A stretch of DNA of 64,000 nucleotides from the NCBI GenBank assembly GCA_051294375.1, contig CM119263.1, positions 19,532,304 through 19,596,303 on the forward strand, in the 5' to 3' direction. The stretch comes from Paraspadella gotoi (lineage: Eukaryota > Animalia > Chaetognatha). Below the pieces are notes generated by a model. The model saw only the letters and a list, made by a program, of their open reading frames with translations, did no database searches and was not told the DNA's origin. The position numbers and the translations under genes were made by a program. Numbering within the stretch: the stretch's first letter is position 1; every line of letters begins with the position of its first letter. Positions 1 to 18,761 of the stretch are shown in pieces.

Positions 1-2
1 CC

Positions 3-164
3 GCGAACACGTCTTCTACGAGAATGTCGAGGAAGCGAGATAATTTTATAACGGATTCGTCGATCGCCGAAGTCACGTCGAATAGCTGCGACGACGACGA
101 CGACGACGATAAAAGGAGAAGAAGAAATAAAGAGCTAAAGCAATTGAACATCTCGAGGAGCTAA
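3..164 (+). CDS. Possible 3' end of a gene entering from the left edge (…SSTRMSRKRDNFITDSSIAEVTSNSCDDDDDDDKRRRRNKELKQLNISRS*)
   Basis: GC-richer than its flank, frame open from the window edge to TAA at 162-164, followed by AT-rich UTR-like sequence; no recognisable domain. Confidence 0.3.
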   Translation, partial: ANTSSTRMSRKRDNFITDSSIAEVTSNSCDDDDDDDKRRRRNKELKQLNISRS

Positions 165-2194
165 GGTGAATCGTCTCTGGAAATGTCTAAACTAAATTGA
201 ACTCTGGAGATAAAGCAAAGCTGGCGGAAAAAACTCCTAAACAGCAATGAATAAGATTTATGTTTTTTTTTTCGAGTTATATAATAACGTCTTTTAAAAA
301 CGGGGAAGTAGCATAGAACAATATTTCATTTATAAAATACTTACCGAAATGGTAAGTGCGAAAAAACATTGCAAAAACAATAATTTGCATAAATGATTGT
401 AGACTGAACAAACAAAAATTTACAAGCTAGATGGGCAGGAATTCTTTTTTATTTTGACTTTGTATGAACCTTAAGCAAATATTTTACAAGCTTTCCAGAG
501 AAAATATTTTTTAAAATCCATAGTATTTCTTTAGAAGGGCATAGTATTTCGGCATTAAATAATTGAAATGTTAATTTTATTATTGTCAATTTAAAAAGAA
601 AAAAATAATAAAATTGCTTCAAAAAACAATCCAATCTTTTAAAATAAAACTATTAAGTTATGTCACGATTTAACGTCGCCGACGAATCGTCGACCTCATC
701 GGAATGCTGATTTTAGTCCATAATACAAAGTATATGGTACATTTTCATTTTCATAACGCTAATTGTGAAGCAAAGTAAAAACAAATAAAAATAAGATAAA
801 ATATTAAAAATATTATTACTAACAAATTCATGCATCTGAACAATTCTCACCTATTTCAGCTTATGCCTTATCCTTATTTTTTTTATAAAACAATAACCAT
901 AGGGGGCTTTAACGATTTTGGTTTTTTTGGTTTTGTTTATTGACTATTGAAGCAAATAGAGTTTCAAACTTTAAGAAACTATTCCTTAAGTTAATTCTAA
1001 ATAAGAAATCCTATGTCCGATCCAAAGAACAAAATATCTTGTAAAACGTTGTCAAAAATTTATTTAAAAATCCCAGAGAAGAACAAGCAATCTCCCAATT
1101 TAGCTTTTTCTAGGGAGTTCGATCAATTAAGGTGATTAATTTTACATCCTTCTACGTCGTTTTTTGATTATTATAATAATTATTATTTACAACTAACGAT
1201 GAGAGAAGAAAAACTGATTCTAAAAGTTAATTTAGAAGGAAGAGTATTCCCGCACAAAATATGTATAAAAACTGAAACCACAACTGGACAATACTTTAAA
1301 ATCCAATGAGTCTACGTAAATACGAGCTAAATTTTTTTTGTTTTAATGAACGCGCAGAAAATCAGTAAAAACAAATCTCAAAATTTCCGCGGCCAGATAG
1401 TCAATGAAATGAAAATAAAATTAAAGCCCAAAGAATAAAAAACAATTTTAATAAACGGCTTACTCCCAAAAGCGATTATTCAATATTACCGAAATTTACT
1501 AAGAAATCAAGGCCGTGTCAGGGAACTGAGTTTAGTCGAGAAAAGGCAAACAGAGAAAATGACTAGGTCTTCTTGAAACAAAACTCTTTACATGATTTAA
1601 AGAACGAAGCTCATTACAAATGGGCCTCTAAGTCTAACGAACATATGAGGACCCCTACCTCGATCGGGCAGGCTCTACCCGATGAAAAATCGTTCCGAAA
1701 CCGTGTTCTTTAAGAAGAGATAGAGCAAACCTTCACTCTCTCGTGGAAGTTATCGACGTGATAATAGAAAGAAAATGCCACTAGGGACAGGACTATTACT
1801 ACTACCATTGAAATTTGATAAAAACCACTATTATTGATATATTAAAAAGGCACTTGACACTGCTGCAATGGGGGCTGCTTTTTGCTGCCGTCCGTATATG
1901 ATGCACCGCTGCAATGATGTAGTAGTTAGTTGGTTTTAGATAAAAAGATCCGTTTAGTTCTCCAAAACTGTACAATCTTTTGAACTGTTGCCCTTTGTCA
2001 ACCAATGTTTCTCAACGTATATTCATAATTCGCCGAGAGGAAAACGGATGAAATGAGCGTATTTGAATCAGCTGGAGCGATTATGGGTATCCCCATCTTA
2101 GACTATCACAGGTTTTATTATTATAGTACGCGCGTGCAAATTTGAAGAGGTGGTTCCAACTATTTTAATGAAAAATGAAGTCGACAACCTTTTA

Positions 2195-5053
<2,859 letters not shown>

Positions 5054-6688
5054 CCTTTTGCAAGAAAATATAAATGAGTTACAATGTACTACTACGAGTT
5101 TACGTAACTGGTAAACAGTTATAAATAACCTGAAAGTATTTCGATACTTCCTATTGGAAAACCAATTCTAAGTTATTATTAAAGAACTAGAAAAAACAAC
5201 AACCATTGTTTGAAAAATCTGAAATTATGAGTCTTACCTGAATAAAGTATTACAAGCGAGCGACGCTATCGAGAAAATCGAGCTTTCTGGTTGTCCAGTT
5301 CAAAGGTCATCGCTCGTATAAAACATCCGCCATTTCGTCTCGAATTTACTTCTTTTTTTAGAAGCGCAGTCGATGCAGCCTCCTAAACACCAAAATTTCT
5401 CGTCGATGGCGTGCAGTCCTTATTAACAATCAATCCTCTCTTACTCGCTCAGGCTGCTGAGTCAGAAGCTGCAGCGGGAAAAGGGGAATAATAATAGTCA
5501 TTTCCCTCGCCAGCAGCCGCCGCCCGTCTCGGCAGCATCAATTCCCTCCCGATCCTTCTTTGGTGAGAAACGCAAATAATCGTCGTCCCAAGTTTTTTTT
5601 TTAGTTTTCGCTCTGTATCGAAGGAGACTCGCTGTTCGAGAAAAGAATCCAGCGTCCGGCTCTTGGCGAAAGATAAGGCTGGGTCAGCGGCAGCGCCGAG
5701 GGAAGCGTAAACGGGGAATTCGAGAAGCGGGAAAGCAAAAAACAAGCTGACATCGAGGGTAAGGTTTTTCGGTTGACGGACTAGAGTAGCTAGCTTCTGA
5801 ATCGCTACCGAAGCCGGAGTTTTTCGCGAATAACTGCCTATGAATCAGGGGAGTTTGCCAAAATTTTCTTATGTACACAAACAAAATACATACAAAATCA
5901 AATACTAATTCAATTTTGTTTAAGCGAGGTTCATATTCAATAAGGTTTTCACAATTGGGGAAAACATAACATAAGACTGGGTTACCATTTTTTAATCTCT
6001 TAGGTTTCAGATAATGGGGGACCTCGAATCCACCGTCGACTTCGAACTCTTTCAAGGTCAGAAATAAAAATTATAAATCAAACTCGCTTGGAGGCGGTCA
6101 AAAATGGGAATGGCCAGAGTTTGGTGGGTCTCATTAAGAATGATGATGAGAAGGTTATCTCAAGGAGGGTCGTCTCATTTATGATAAGTACTAAGTCTGA
6201 AGCACATCTTAAATAAAAACTTATCATAATAACTAATAACAATCTGTGAAGGGCAATTAGATTTAAGTTTCAATAATAAAAATAAAACCATTGAATTTAT
6301 AACAGGCATTAACATTTGACCAGCAATTAAATATTATTATCATTTTAAATATTCTGCTGACCATGCATAATTGTAAACAGAAAACTTTCTCTGATTACAT
6401 TATTATCAGTCCATTATGTACATAAGAAAATATTCATAAAAAGCCATGAGATCTCTGCACAGGACACATCTTTTAATTTAATATTTGAAATAAGATGGGC
6501 TTTAATTATAAATATAAAATTTTTAAAACTTTGTTTGCCTTTCACAAATAATTCTTTTTTTTAAATAATATTGAATTTTTAAATTAATTTAGACCCTCCA
6601 TGGACAATGGATATAGAACAAGATGTTAACAAATTAAAAACAAAATACAATGATTACAAATGATGTATTCATAGTGATTATGTTGATA

Positions 6689-9375
6689 TCAAGGTTGATC
6701 CGTTCCGCCCGTCTGTTCTTGGTAAACCTCAATAACGTCGTCATTCTCCATCTCTGAAAATATGATTACAACATGCGTATATTAATAAGATCCCTCAGCG
6801 AAAAGTCGATAGGGTAGTGAGGGGTAATTCGAAACACTTTTGGAACTATTCAAATTTTACGTATAGTAAATGATTTCTAAAATAAAATTTTAATAAAATC
6901 TGGGGTAATTCGGAACAATTATTATATTATGTATAATTTTTTATAATATTAAAAAATCTTAAAAGCATAGTGATCTCGCCAGACGTTACTATCAAAAATA
7001 ATTAATGAAAAAATTCCGAAAAAAAACCCAATGATTGAGAAAATAGTAATTGATTGATATAATAGTAATTGATTGATGCGATGATAACCAAATATTGATG
7101 CGATGATAACCGAAAATTTATGCGATGATAATCATTCATTGACGCAACGTAAATGCGTGTGTGAGCGAGAAAAAAAAAAAGAGAGAAAGATAAAAAAATC
7201 TTAAAAGCAAAAGGATCGTCGCAATTGCATAAGAAAAATCTGGATTGACGACAAATTTTGATACTAAAAAATCAAATTTAAGAAAAATAAACAAGAAAAA
7301 AAAATAATCCACGAAAATCTCGGATTAAATTTGTGAATAAATGGCGATAATAAAAGTTTTTAGAGAGAAAAAATTAATCAGAGAAGAGAAAGAAAGAAGC
7401 CAAATCATTTTCAGCAGCAGAAACACCCAGAAAAAAAGAAAGAAATCAAAACCAGCAGCAGAAGCAGCAGGAGAAAAGAGAGAAAAAGAAAAAGCCCCTG
7501 CAGAGCCAGCTGCAGACTCGTTTTTTCCCCCTATGATTATGAATCAGTGACTAGGCCCTAGTCTAGGGAAAAGAGAGAGGGAGAGAGACATGTAATTAAA
7601 AGAAAAAAGAGAGAGAAAGAAATATGAAAATAAAAGAGAGAAAATTTGTTTGTTTTGATAAAACATAAACAAAACATATTTAATAACTGTCCAGACTCAA
7701 TTTTAGCACATCGATGATGAGAAGCTGTATATAAATTTTCAGCTTCATACACCCAAATTTAATCATAAAGGCGATCTATAATTTGGAACGCCGACGACGA
7801 AGACGACGCCACTTATGCACAAAAGCGTTACAATATCGTCGCAAACGCTAAGCAATTGCGACGATAAAAAGAGAGAAAGATAAAAAGAGAGAGAGATTGA
7901 GAGAAGCTGGATAACCGCTGGACAGCCGCTGCAGAGCTGAACTCGTTTTTAAACGAATCAGAAGCAGAGAAGAAAAAAAAGCGACATATGATTAAAACGT
8001 TATTATAATTCGTAGTAATTTTTATATAAAAATTGTTTTGTAAATCAGAAACAAATGCGTGTAGCAATATGAAACCTGTGAATCTAAAAGATCTTGCTGA
8101 TTAGAATATCTAAATTTTTAGCTTCCTATGGTTATACACTTTTACAATTTTGAATTGTAAAAAAGTGTGACGACGACTACGACAATGACAACGAAAACGA
8201 CGGTCACAACGAAGCAGAAGCGAACCAACATCACGCCAAGACGCCAGGCAGTCTGGCGAATAACAAACACGGGCCTTAAGCAGTCTGTCGAGTTAATATT
8301 TATAAAAAATTCTTAAGTGGGTGTAATGATTTTTAATACTATTTTCTCACTTTAGATAAATTAATGAATGACAATAAATACAAAATTTGTATATATTTTT
8401 TTATTTATATTATTTTTGACAAAGTTTTTTATTTTCATCCTTTCCTGCATTTCATCCCCATCTTTTTTTTCAATTAATATTGCTTTTTGCCATTTTATTC
8501 ATTTATAATATTATTTTTTGCTTATTCTTCTTATTTATCATTTTTTTATTTTATTAAATTTTATCTTATTCTTTATTTTTTCCAAATATTTATATTCATT
8601 TTAATTTCAACTTAAATTTGCCTCATACTAATTTTTCAACCATATGCAAAAAAAACTTACCCAATGCCTTTGGAGTATCGTCGTCGTTGATTCTTTTTCC
8701 GTCGAACAAAAAGCGCAGAGTGGTAACGGGAACGCCTTGACGTTCACTGCAATATTTAAAAATGTTAAACTTTAGAACTTAATATTAACGAACGAGTTTG
8801 AGCAAACAATGTCGGATCTGCCTACGATAATTAAGCGGTTATTAGCTAATCCGATGATATATCATGGTAATATTTTCTGACTTTCAATTTAATATATATC
8901 CAGCGCAATAACACACTTTCTTATCTACACACAAAATTTCATTCCAATCCATCCTTCCAATCACGAGTAATTGGAGTTTAATGAAAAGGTAGGATGGACC
9001 TTCAGACAGACAGACAGACGGAGGGAAAGACGGACATTTTTTTGCATAATTTATTAATTAATTTATTATTATTTATTTATTTTTTAGTAATAAGAATTTA
9101 TTAATTCGATGTTCTGATAGGATAAAAATTATTTACCGACAAGATTTTGGGGTAGTACCGAAGGACCGACAGTGAATTATAGAGTCAATCTGCGACAAGC
9201 AGATCCAACTAAAACCAATGGAAATAAGAACTCGCCTGTAACTCTTCTTAAGCTTGCCCATGGGCGTGGTGAACTTGACCTTGAAGTGAATTTCCGAGTT
9301 ATCCTGACCAACGACTTTGAGTCGAATGTAATCCGATGATTTGTCCCCCTCTTTGTTAGCAGTATCGTCACCCAT
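6689..9375 (-). CDS. SUMO1: SUMO (SUMO1-like), 96 aa precursor ending VYQEQTGG|TDQP. Exons 9375-9236, 8746-8661, 6753-6689
   Basis: [19 protein letters not shown]…[52 protein letters not shown]; intron 1 has a GC donor (AG|GCGAGT); 291 nt in frame. Confidence 0.93.
6952..8262 (-). mobile_element. Helentron/DINE-1-like (HINE) non-autonomous repeat, copy A, in SUMO intron 2
   Basis: Subterminal inverted motif TCGCCAGAC…GTCTGGCGA, end motif GATCACTATRCTTTTAAGATTTT, ATCATCGCATC minisatellite and a core shared with the copies at 16.5, 22.4 and 32.0 kb; family assignment rests on structure only. Confidence 0.6.
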
Positions 9376-9915
9376 GGTTTTTATTTTATTTTTTGGTTAA
9401 GCACGCAAGGGTTTATATTTGTAAATTTAAAATAAGATAATTTCAAAGCGGATATTCGGGACCTGAACTAATTGAACGAATGATAATCAACAAAATAATG
9501 AGGAACACGAACGTGGCGCATAAATATACATTTTATTAAAGTAGCGTCAACATATCCGATTAGGATCTTTTCGGAGGTCACGTAGAATAGTCGCTGAAAG
9601 AAGCGATCATCCGGCACTACCGTCACGATTGTCGGCAGACCCACAAATTTTCTTTTAAGGTCAGCAATGTCACGATCGGTCATGCGACGTAGCTTATTGA
9701 AAGGCAGACTGGGCCGAGTGATACTTTTGTGATTACATTTAGATCATTCATGTTTCGGAGTTACCTAAAAGAATTAATGAAATGAACAAAAGTCAAAATT
9801 TCTAAAATAAACGAAGATAGATAACATTTTCATCGTTATATCACCAATTAGATAAAGAGTAAAGACACCATCAGTTCGTCACCAAAAAATAGAAAACAAA
9901 AAATTATCACGAATT

Positions 9916-10480
9916 TTAGGATTGCTCGTGATAAACCTCGATGACGGCTCCTTCTTTCATTTCTGAATTTGATTAAAATGAGAAAATCGAATAAATTAGG
10001 TTTTCAAGTTTCTAACAATTTTTTTTTTTTAAACTTATGACATTAAGTCAAGACTGCAACAGAGCAAATTTTCAACAAGATTCCCTTTAAAAAATACACT
10101 GAAGATAAGTTCTCAAATCTTTTCAACTCATAGGGATACTGAAAAACTGATGGCGTTTTTGAAAAAACATTGAGGCAACGAACAGTAAATAATGAAGTTA
10201 TATACCTAACTGTGACGGAGTAGATTCATCGGGGATCCTGTTCCCTTCAAATATAAATCGTAAAGACTGGAGGCCTACTCCCATACGTTCACTGATAAAA
10301 AAAGGCGCATTTTTGTGTTTTTTGTTCTTAATTAGTGAGCTCTCACTGGTCTTACCTATACGCTTGTTTCAACTTTTTTAACTGAGTCTTCACTTTTATT
10401 TTGAAGTGAACTTCTGAGTTATCCGGACCAAGAACTTTTATGTTTATAAACGAACATTCTTCGTCTTTGCAGTCACCCAT
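9916..10480 (-). CDS. SUMO-like paralog lacking the C-terminal di-glycine, 85 aa (…[15 protein letters not shown]). Exons 10480-10356, 10291-10206, 9962-9916
   Basis: [85 protein letters not shown]; same two intron positions and phases and same 86-nt middle exon as the neighbouring SUMO; GT-AG introns; 258 nt in frame. Confidence 0.85.
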
Positions 10481-11316
10481 TATTGATTAGATGTAATTAG
10501 GATGTTAAAACTAAATTACAAATAAACCGGCATTTTACGAAATAAAAATGGTAAATAGCGTGGCGGAAAAATAACACGAACATATTAAATTAAGAATGCA
10601 AATGGAGATTTTTCAACGCGTTTCAGTTCAGATTATACGACCATGCATCATTAGGATTAGTTTTTTTAGTATTTATTTTTCTACGATCTTCGGCCATGGA
10701 AGTACAAAACCCTGTTGAAAAGTTCATTTTGCCAGTTACTATTAAGCTACTAACGTTTAACACAGAAATAAAAATCAGATTATTCGTCGAAAGTTTGCCA
10801 GAATGAAAATAACTGTCAGGGTCGTTTCTCGCTGATTTTCGAGACCCGCAAATCCTCAACACGATGATGATGTCGATTAGAGATAAACTGACAAGGCATC
10901 AACAAACAATTCGGATTATTATCAATTATTTGTAAAACTTACTGAAAAAAAAATAAAGTTGCAAAGTTTAAGACTATTTTATTTTTTTAAGCGGACGGTG
11001 CTTTGCCGTCTTCGAAAGAGGGGCGGGGACGAAAACGACAAAGCCGTAGTTTTCAGCGCGCTTCTCTTTAACGACGAGGACAAAATCACCTTCCGGCGTC
11101 AACGCTTTTGATTCAATTTCACTTCTGGAAAATAATTTTTTTACTTGTACGAAGATTACATTCAGTTACAGGTTATAGGAACACGCCACAATTCGATGAA
11201 TATTTCGAATTTTTCAATTTTTTTTGTTTGGGGTTTGGAGCTAAAGGGAAATGTTGCGGTTACTTTTTTTTTTGAGTTTTGTAATTTTGCTATTTTTATG
11301 AACGTTTTTTGTTTGA

Positions 11317-15437
<4,121 letters not shown>

Positions 15438-15730
15438 GTTTTCTACTTAAATGAAAATAAATTTTCTAAATTCGAAGTCAAAAATGGCATAAAGTGGTGT
15501 TTCAAAAAGTTGTCCACGCCTTGTCATGACGCATGGTTTCCATTCACTCACAGATTACCGAGTGATTGGCAGTATAAATTAATTTACGCACTTGAAAAAA
15601 CATTTAACAAATATTTAGACACGGTGTTAACAGAAAACAAACTGCATATACTTACATACTTAACGAATTGTGGCGAAATTAATAAAAAAACTGTTAGAAA
15701 ATTTCTGGAAATCGTGGTTTTCTCGTGATG

Positions 15731-15840
15731 GAGGCCAATCAAAAGCGCAGAACTGCGGCCGGCCGGCTGCAGGTGCGACCGCTGCCTCCTGCACGTCAGC
15801 GACCAATCGCTACGACTCTGGGCGACAAATCGAACCAATC
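15731..15840. promoter_or_regulatory. eIF4A proximal promoter with three CCAAT boxes in a GC-rich patch
   Basis: RRCCAATC at ~15733, ~15801 and ~15833, just upstream of the eIF4A 5' UTR exon (donor near 15655). Confidence 0.55.
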
Positions 15841-15945
15841 GAAACAAAAGATGCTTAGAATTCACCATTCATGGGACAGCTTCAGAAAGAAGCAAAGTGA
15901 TGAGTTTATCCAATAGGGTGCGATCATATGCAGCATTTGAAATTC

Positions 15946-18186
15946 CAGATGATGTTAAAATAAATTATAAATTTATTATTTAGCATTTTTAAAAATTAAT
16001 ACGTTTTAAAAATTAATTGAAAAATAAAGAGCAATGTATTTTTTGAATAACTTAACGGAAAAAGAGTAACAAAACAGAATGGAAGAGGGTTAATTTTGGG
16101 GAAAAAACGGTTCAGATATTATAATTTTTTTAATATTTATTAATAAAATTTAAATAATAATTATATTATTATTAAATATAAGTTAAGGTTCTGGTAAATT
16201 AAAATTAAAAATAATTTAAAATTAAATATAAGTTAAAAAAAATTATAAATAAAAATATGATATAAAAAAGTTTAGGTTAAAAGTAATCAAGGGTTAAGAT
16301 AAATTAAGAATAAGAATAAATTAAAATTAAAAGTAAATTAAAGTATATTTTTATAAAAAAAAATTCAAAATATAAACTAATCATCATGGCCATATAACAA
16401 ATGTTTTTTTTGAATATGCCTTATTCGTAATCCAAGATTAACCCCTGCATCAACTAAATGCCGAATATTCGTCAAATTATTTCTGCCATATTTGATATAA
16501 AAAAAAATATATATAATTTTTATCTCACCAGACGGGCAAATACCCAACTTAGGCGAGATGTTAATTTGTTTGCTTTTTTGATTATACTTGTCGTTTTTGT
16601 CATCATTACGCTTTTTAATATTGAAAATAGCTTGAGTGTATAACCATTAGAAATTAAAAATCTTGATATAATTTCTAATCAGCAAAATCTTTTAGTATCA
16701 TATGTTTCATATTCTTTTACTCATTTGTTTGTTTTATTTATAAAACAATTTTTATATGTATAGACAAGTTCGGCTATCTTTTTTAAATATATATTACGCT
16801 CTCTCTTTTAATTTTTTTTTCTGTCGCTGTTTCTTTTGATTCGTTTAAAAATGAGTTAAGCTCTCCAGCAGCTGTCCAGCGGCTGTCCAGCTTTTATCTT
16901 TTTTTTTCTTTCTTTCTCTCACTTATTTACGCATTAATAAATAATTATCATCGCAGTAATGAATGATTATCATCGTATTAACGAATAATTATTATTATAT
17001 TAATGAATAACTATTATTGCATCCATGATTTGGTTATTATCGTATCAATCATTTGGTTATCATCGCAACAATTATTTTGTTATCATCATATCAATATTTG
17101 GTTATCATCGCATCAATATTTGGTTATCATCGCATATATATTTGTTATTATCGCATCAATCAATTATTATTACATCTATTTATTATTATATCAATTATTA
17201 TTATATCAATCAATTACTAATATATTAATTAATTAATTATTAATATATAAATTAATCAATTACTATTATATTAATAATTCATTATTGTATCAATCATTTA
17301 TTTTATTTTTTTTTATTAATTTTTTAAAAAAATTTAAAATTAAGTTTTAGTTTAAGTATATAACAATTTAATAAAATTTAAAAAAAATATTATTATAATA
17401 TTAATAAATTTAAAAAAAAATTTTTATAAATATTAAGAAATATAAAAAATATAGCTTATCAGTTAAATTTTTTTTTTTATTTTTATTATTATAATTTTAA
17501 TTTAAAAAAAAATATTTTTTTATAAGTTACCCGAGTATATTAAAATCCAATATCATTCTTTAAATTTTTTTTAACCTTTATTTATACCTAACCTTAACTT
17601 ACTGATCTTAATTTATTTTTAACCTTAACTTACCCTTAACTATAATTTATTCTTAACCTTTATTTGATCCTAACCTTAATTTATTTATAAATTTAATTAT
17701 ATTTATTTTTAATTTTAATTTATTTTTTTAAAATATATTTAATTTTATTTAATTTTTAATTTAAATTTATTATAATTTCAATTAATTTTTAACTATAACA
17801 AAGTTATTACCCAATATTAATATAATAATAACAAATTTTAAAAATTATAATATTTAAATTTTTTTTCAATGATTATTTTTTTTTCTGTTTTATTTTTTTA
17901 TCATTAATTTATTAAGTAAAAGCTTACTCTTTATTTTCCTATAGACCTTTAAAGCATATTAATCTTGAGGAATATTAATTTATAATTAAATAAATTTTAT
18001 TATTATTATTTAAATATTTTTTTAAAATGAATTATATTTAAGTTTATTAAATTTCTTTTTATATTATAAAATTGGTACAACCAGTTTATAATTTTATTAT
18101 TTAAAATTATATTCTATATCGCTTATTTATCTAATGTATTATTAATTTTTTTAATTTTATTTAAAATTTCATAATAACATCATCTG
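15946..18186. mobile_element. Degenerate foldback/long inverted-repeat element between the divergent eIF4A and zinc-finger gene starts, with a HINE-like copy (16522-~17330) nested inside
   Basis: Termini CAGATGATGTTA / TAACATCATCTG; internal inverted matches such as AAAATAAAGAGCAA (16021) / TTACTCTTTATTTT (17924) and TTAAGGTT / AACCTTAA arrays. Confidence 0.5.
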
Positions 18187-18274
18187 CAAAAGTAAGCGAC
18201 CTCTACTCTTTTGTGTATTAAACTATTTTTTCTTTAGTACAAAAGAACAAAACATTTCTTTGCTTTCAAATACT

Positions 18275-18455
18275 TATGAAATTGGTACAACCAATATAAA
18301 AATTCTCCATTCATTAAATAAAAAAGCTATCTTGCCCCTGACTTTGGACAGGCTTTGGTGGTTTAAGGCCTCCATCACTTTTACAAGATAATGACATAGC
18401 AGGTTCCTGCAAGCTTTCAATCAAGACTCTCTCACAGTCTCGTTTATTCACTCCC
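18275..18455 (+). repeat. Partial copy of the ~324-bp dispersed repeat (also at 15061-15245, 26036-26419, 38918-39142)
   Basis: Near-identical to 26036-26215 (ATGAAATTGGTACAACCAATATAAAAATT…GCTATCTTGCCCCTGACTTTGGACAGGC…CACTCCCA). Confidence 0.85.
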
Positions 18456-18761
18456 ATTTTTTAAGAAAAAAATTTTCAACTTCGGTGATGAAATTAAGTT
18501 GGCACTGATCTATTTTTATTTAAAATGTAGATTGTAAATGTACGTCTGCTACATTCTTCCACTATTAGTATTGCCGTATTTTGTTTTAAATTTTGATGCC
18601 CCGTTTGGACGACCAGTCTACCTCATTTGTTTTGTTGTCTCTTTTTCTTTTCAGAAAAAAAAAGAAAAAAAAGTATTGCCTCTGAATCCAGAAGTAAATT
18701 TTTAAAACGTTCATCTCATCCGCGATTTATCCAGATAAAAAAAACAACTTTGTGTACAACG

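Noticed and set aside
5449-6055. ORFs 5449-5745 and 5684-6055
   Set aside because: They overlap the PAK promoter/5' UTR region, use non-ATG starts and have no domain
6137-6203. C/D box snoRNA-like pattern (ATGATGA…CTGA) on the plus strand
   Set aside because: Antisense to the surrounding genes, no terminal stem and no guide complementarity I can recognise
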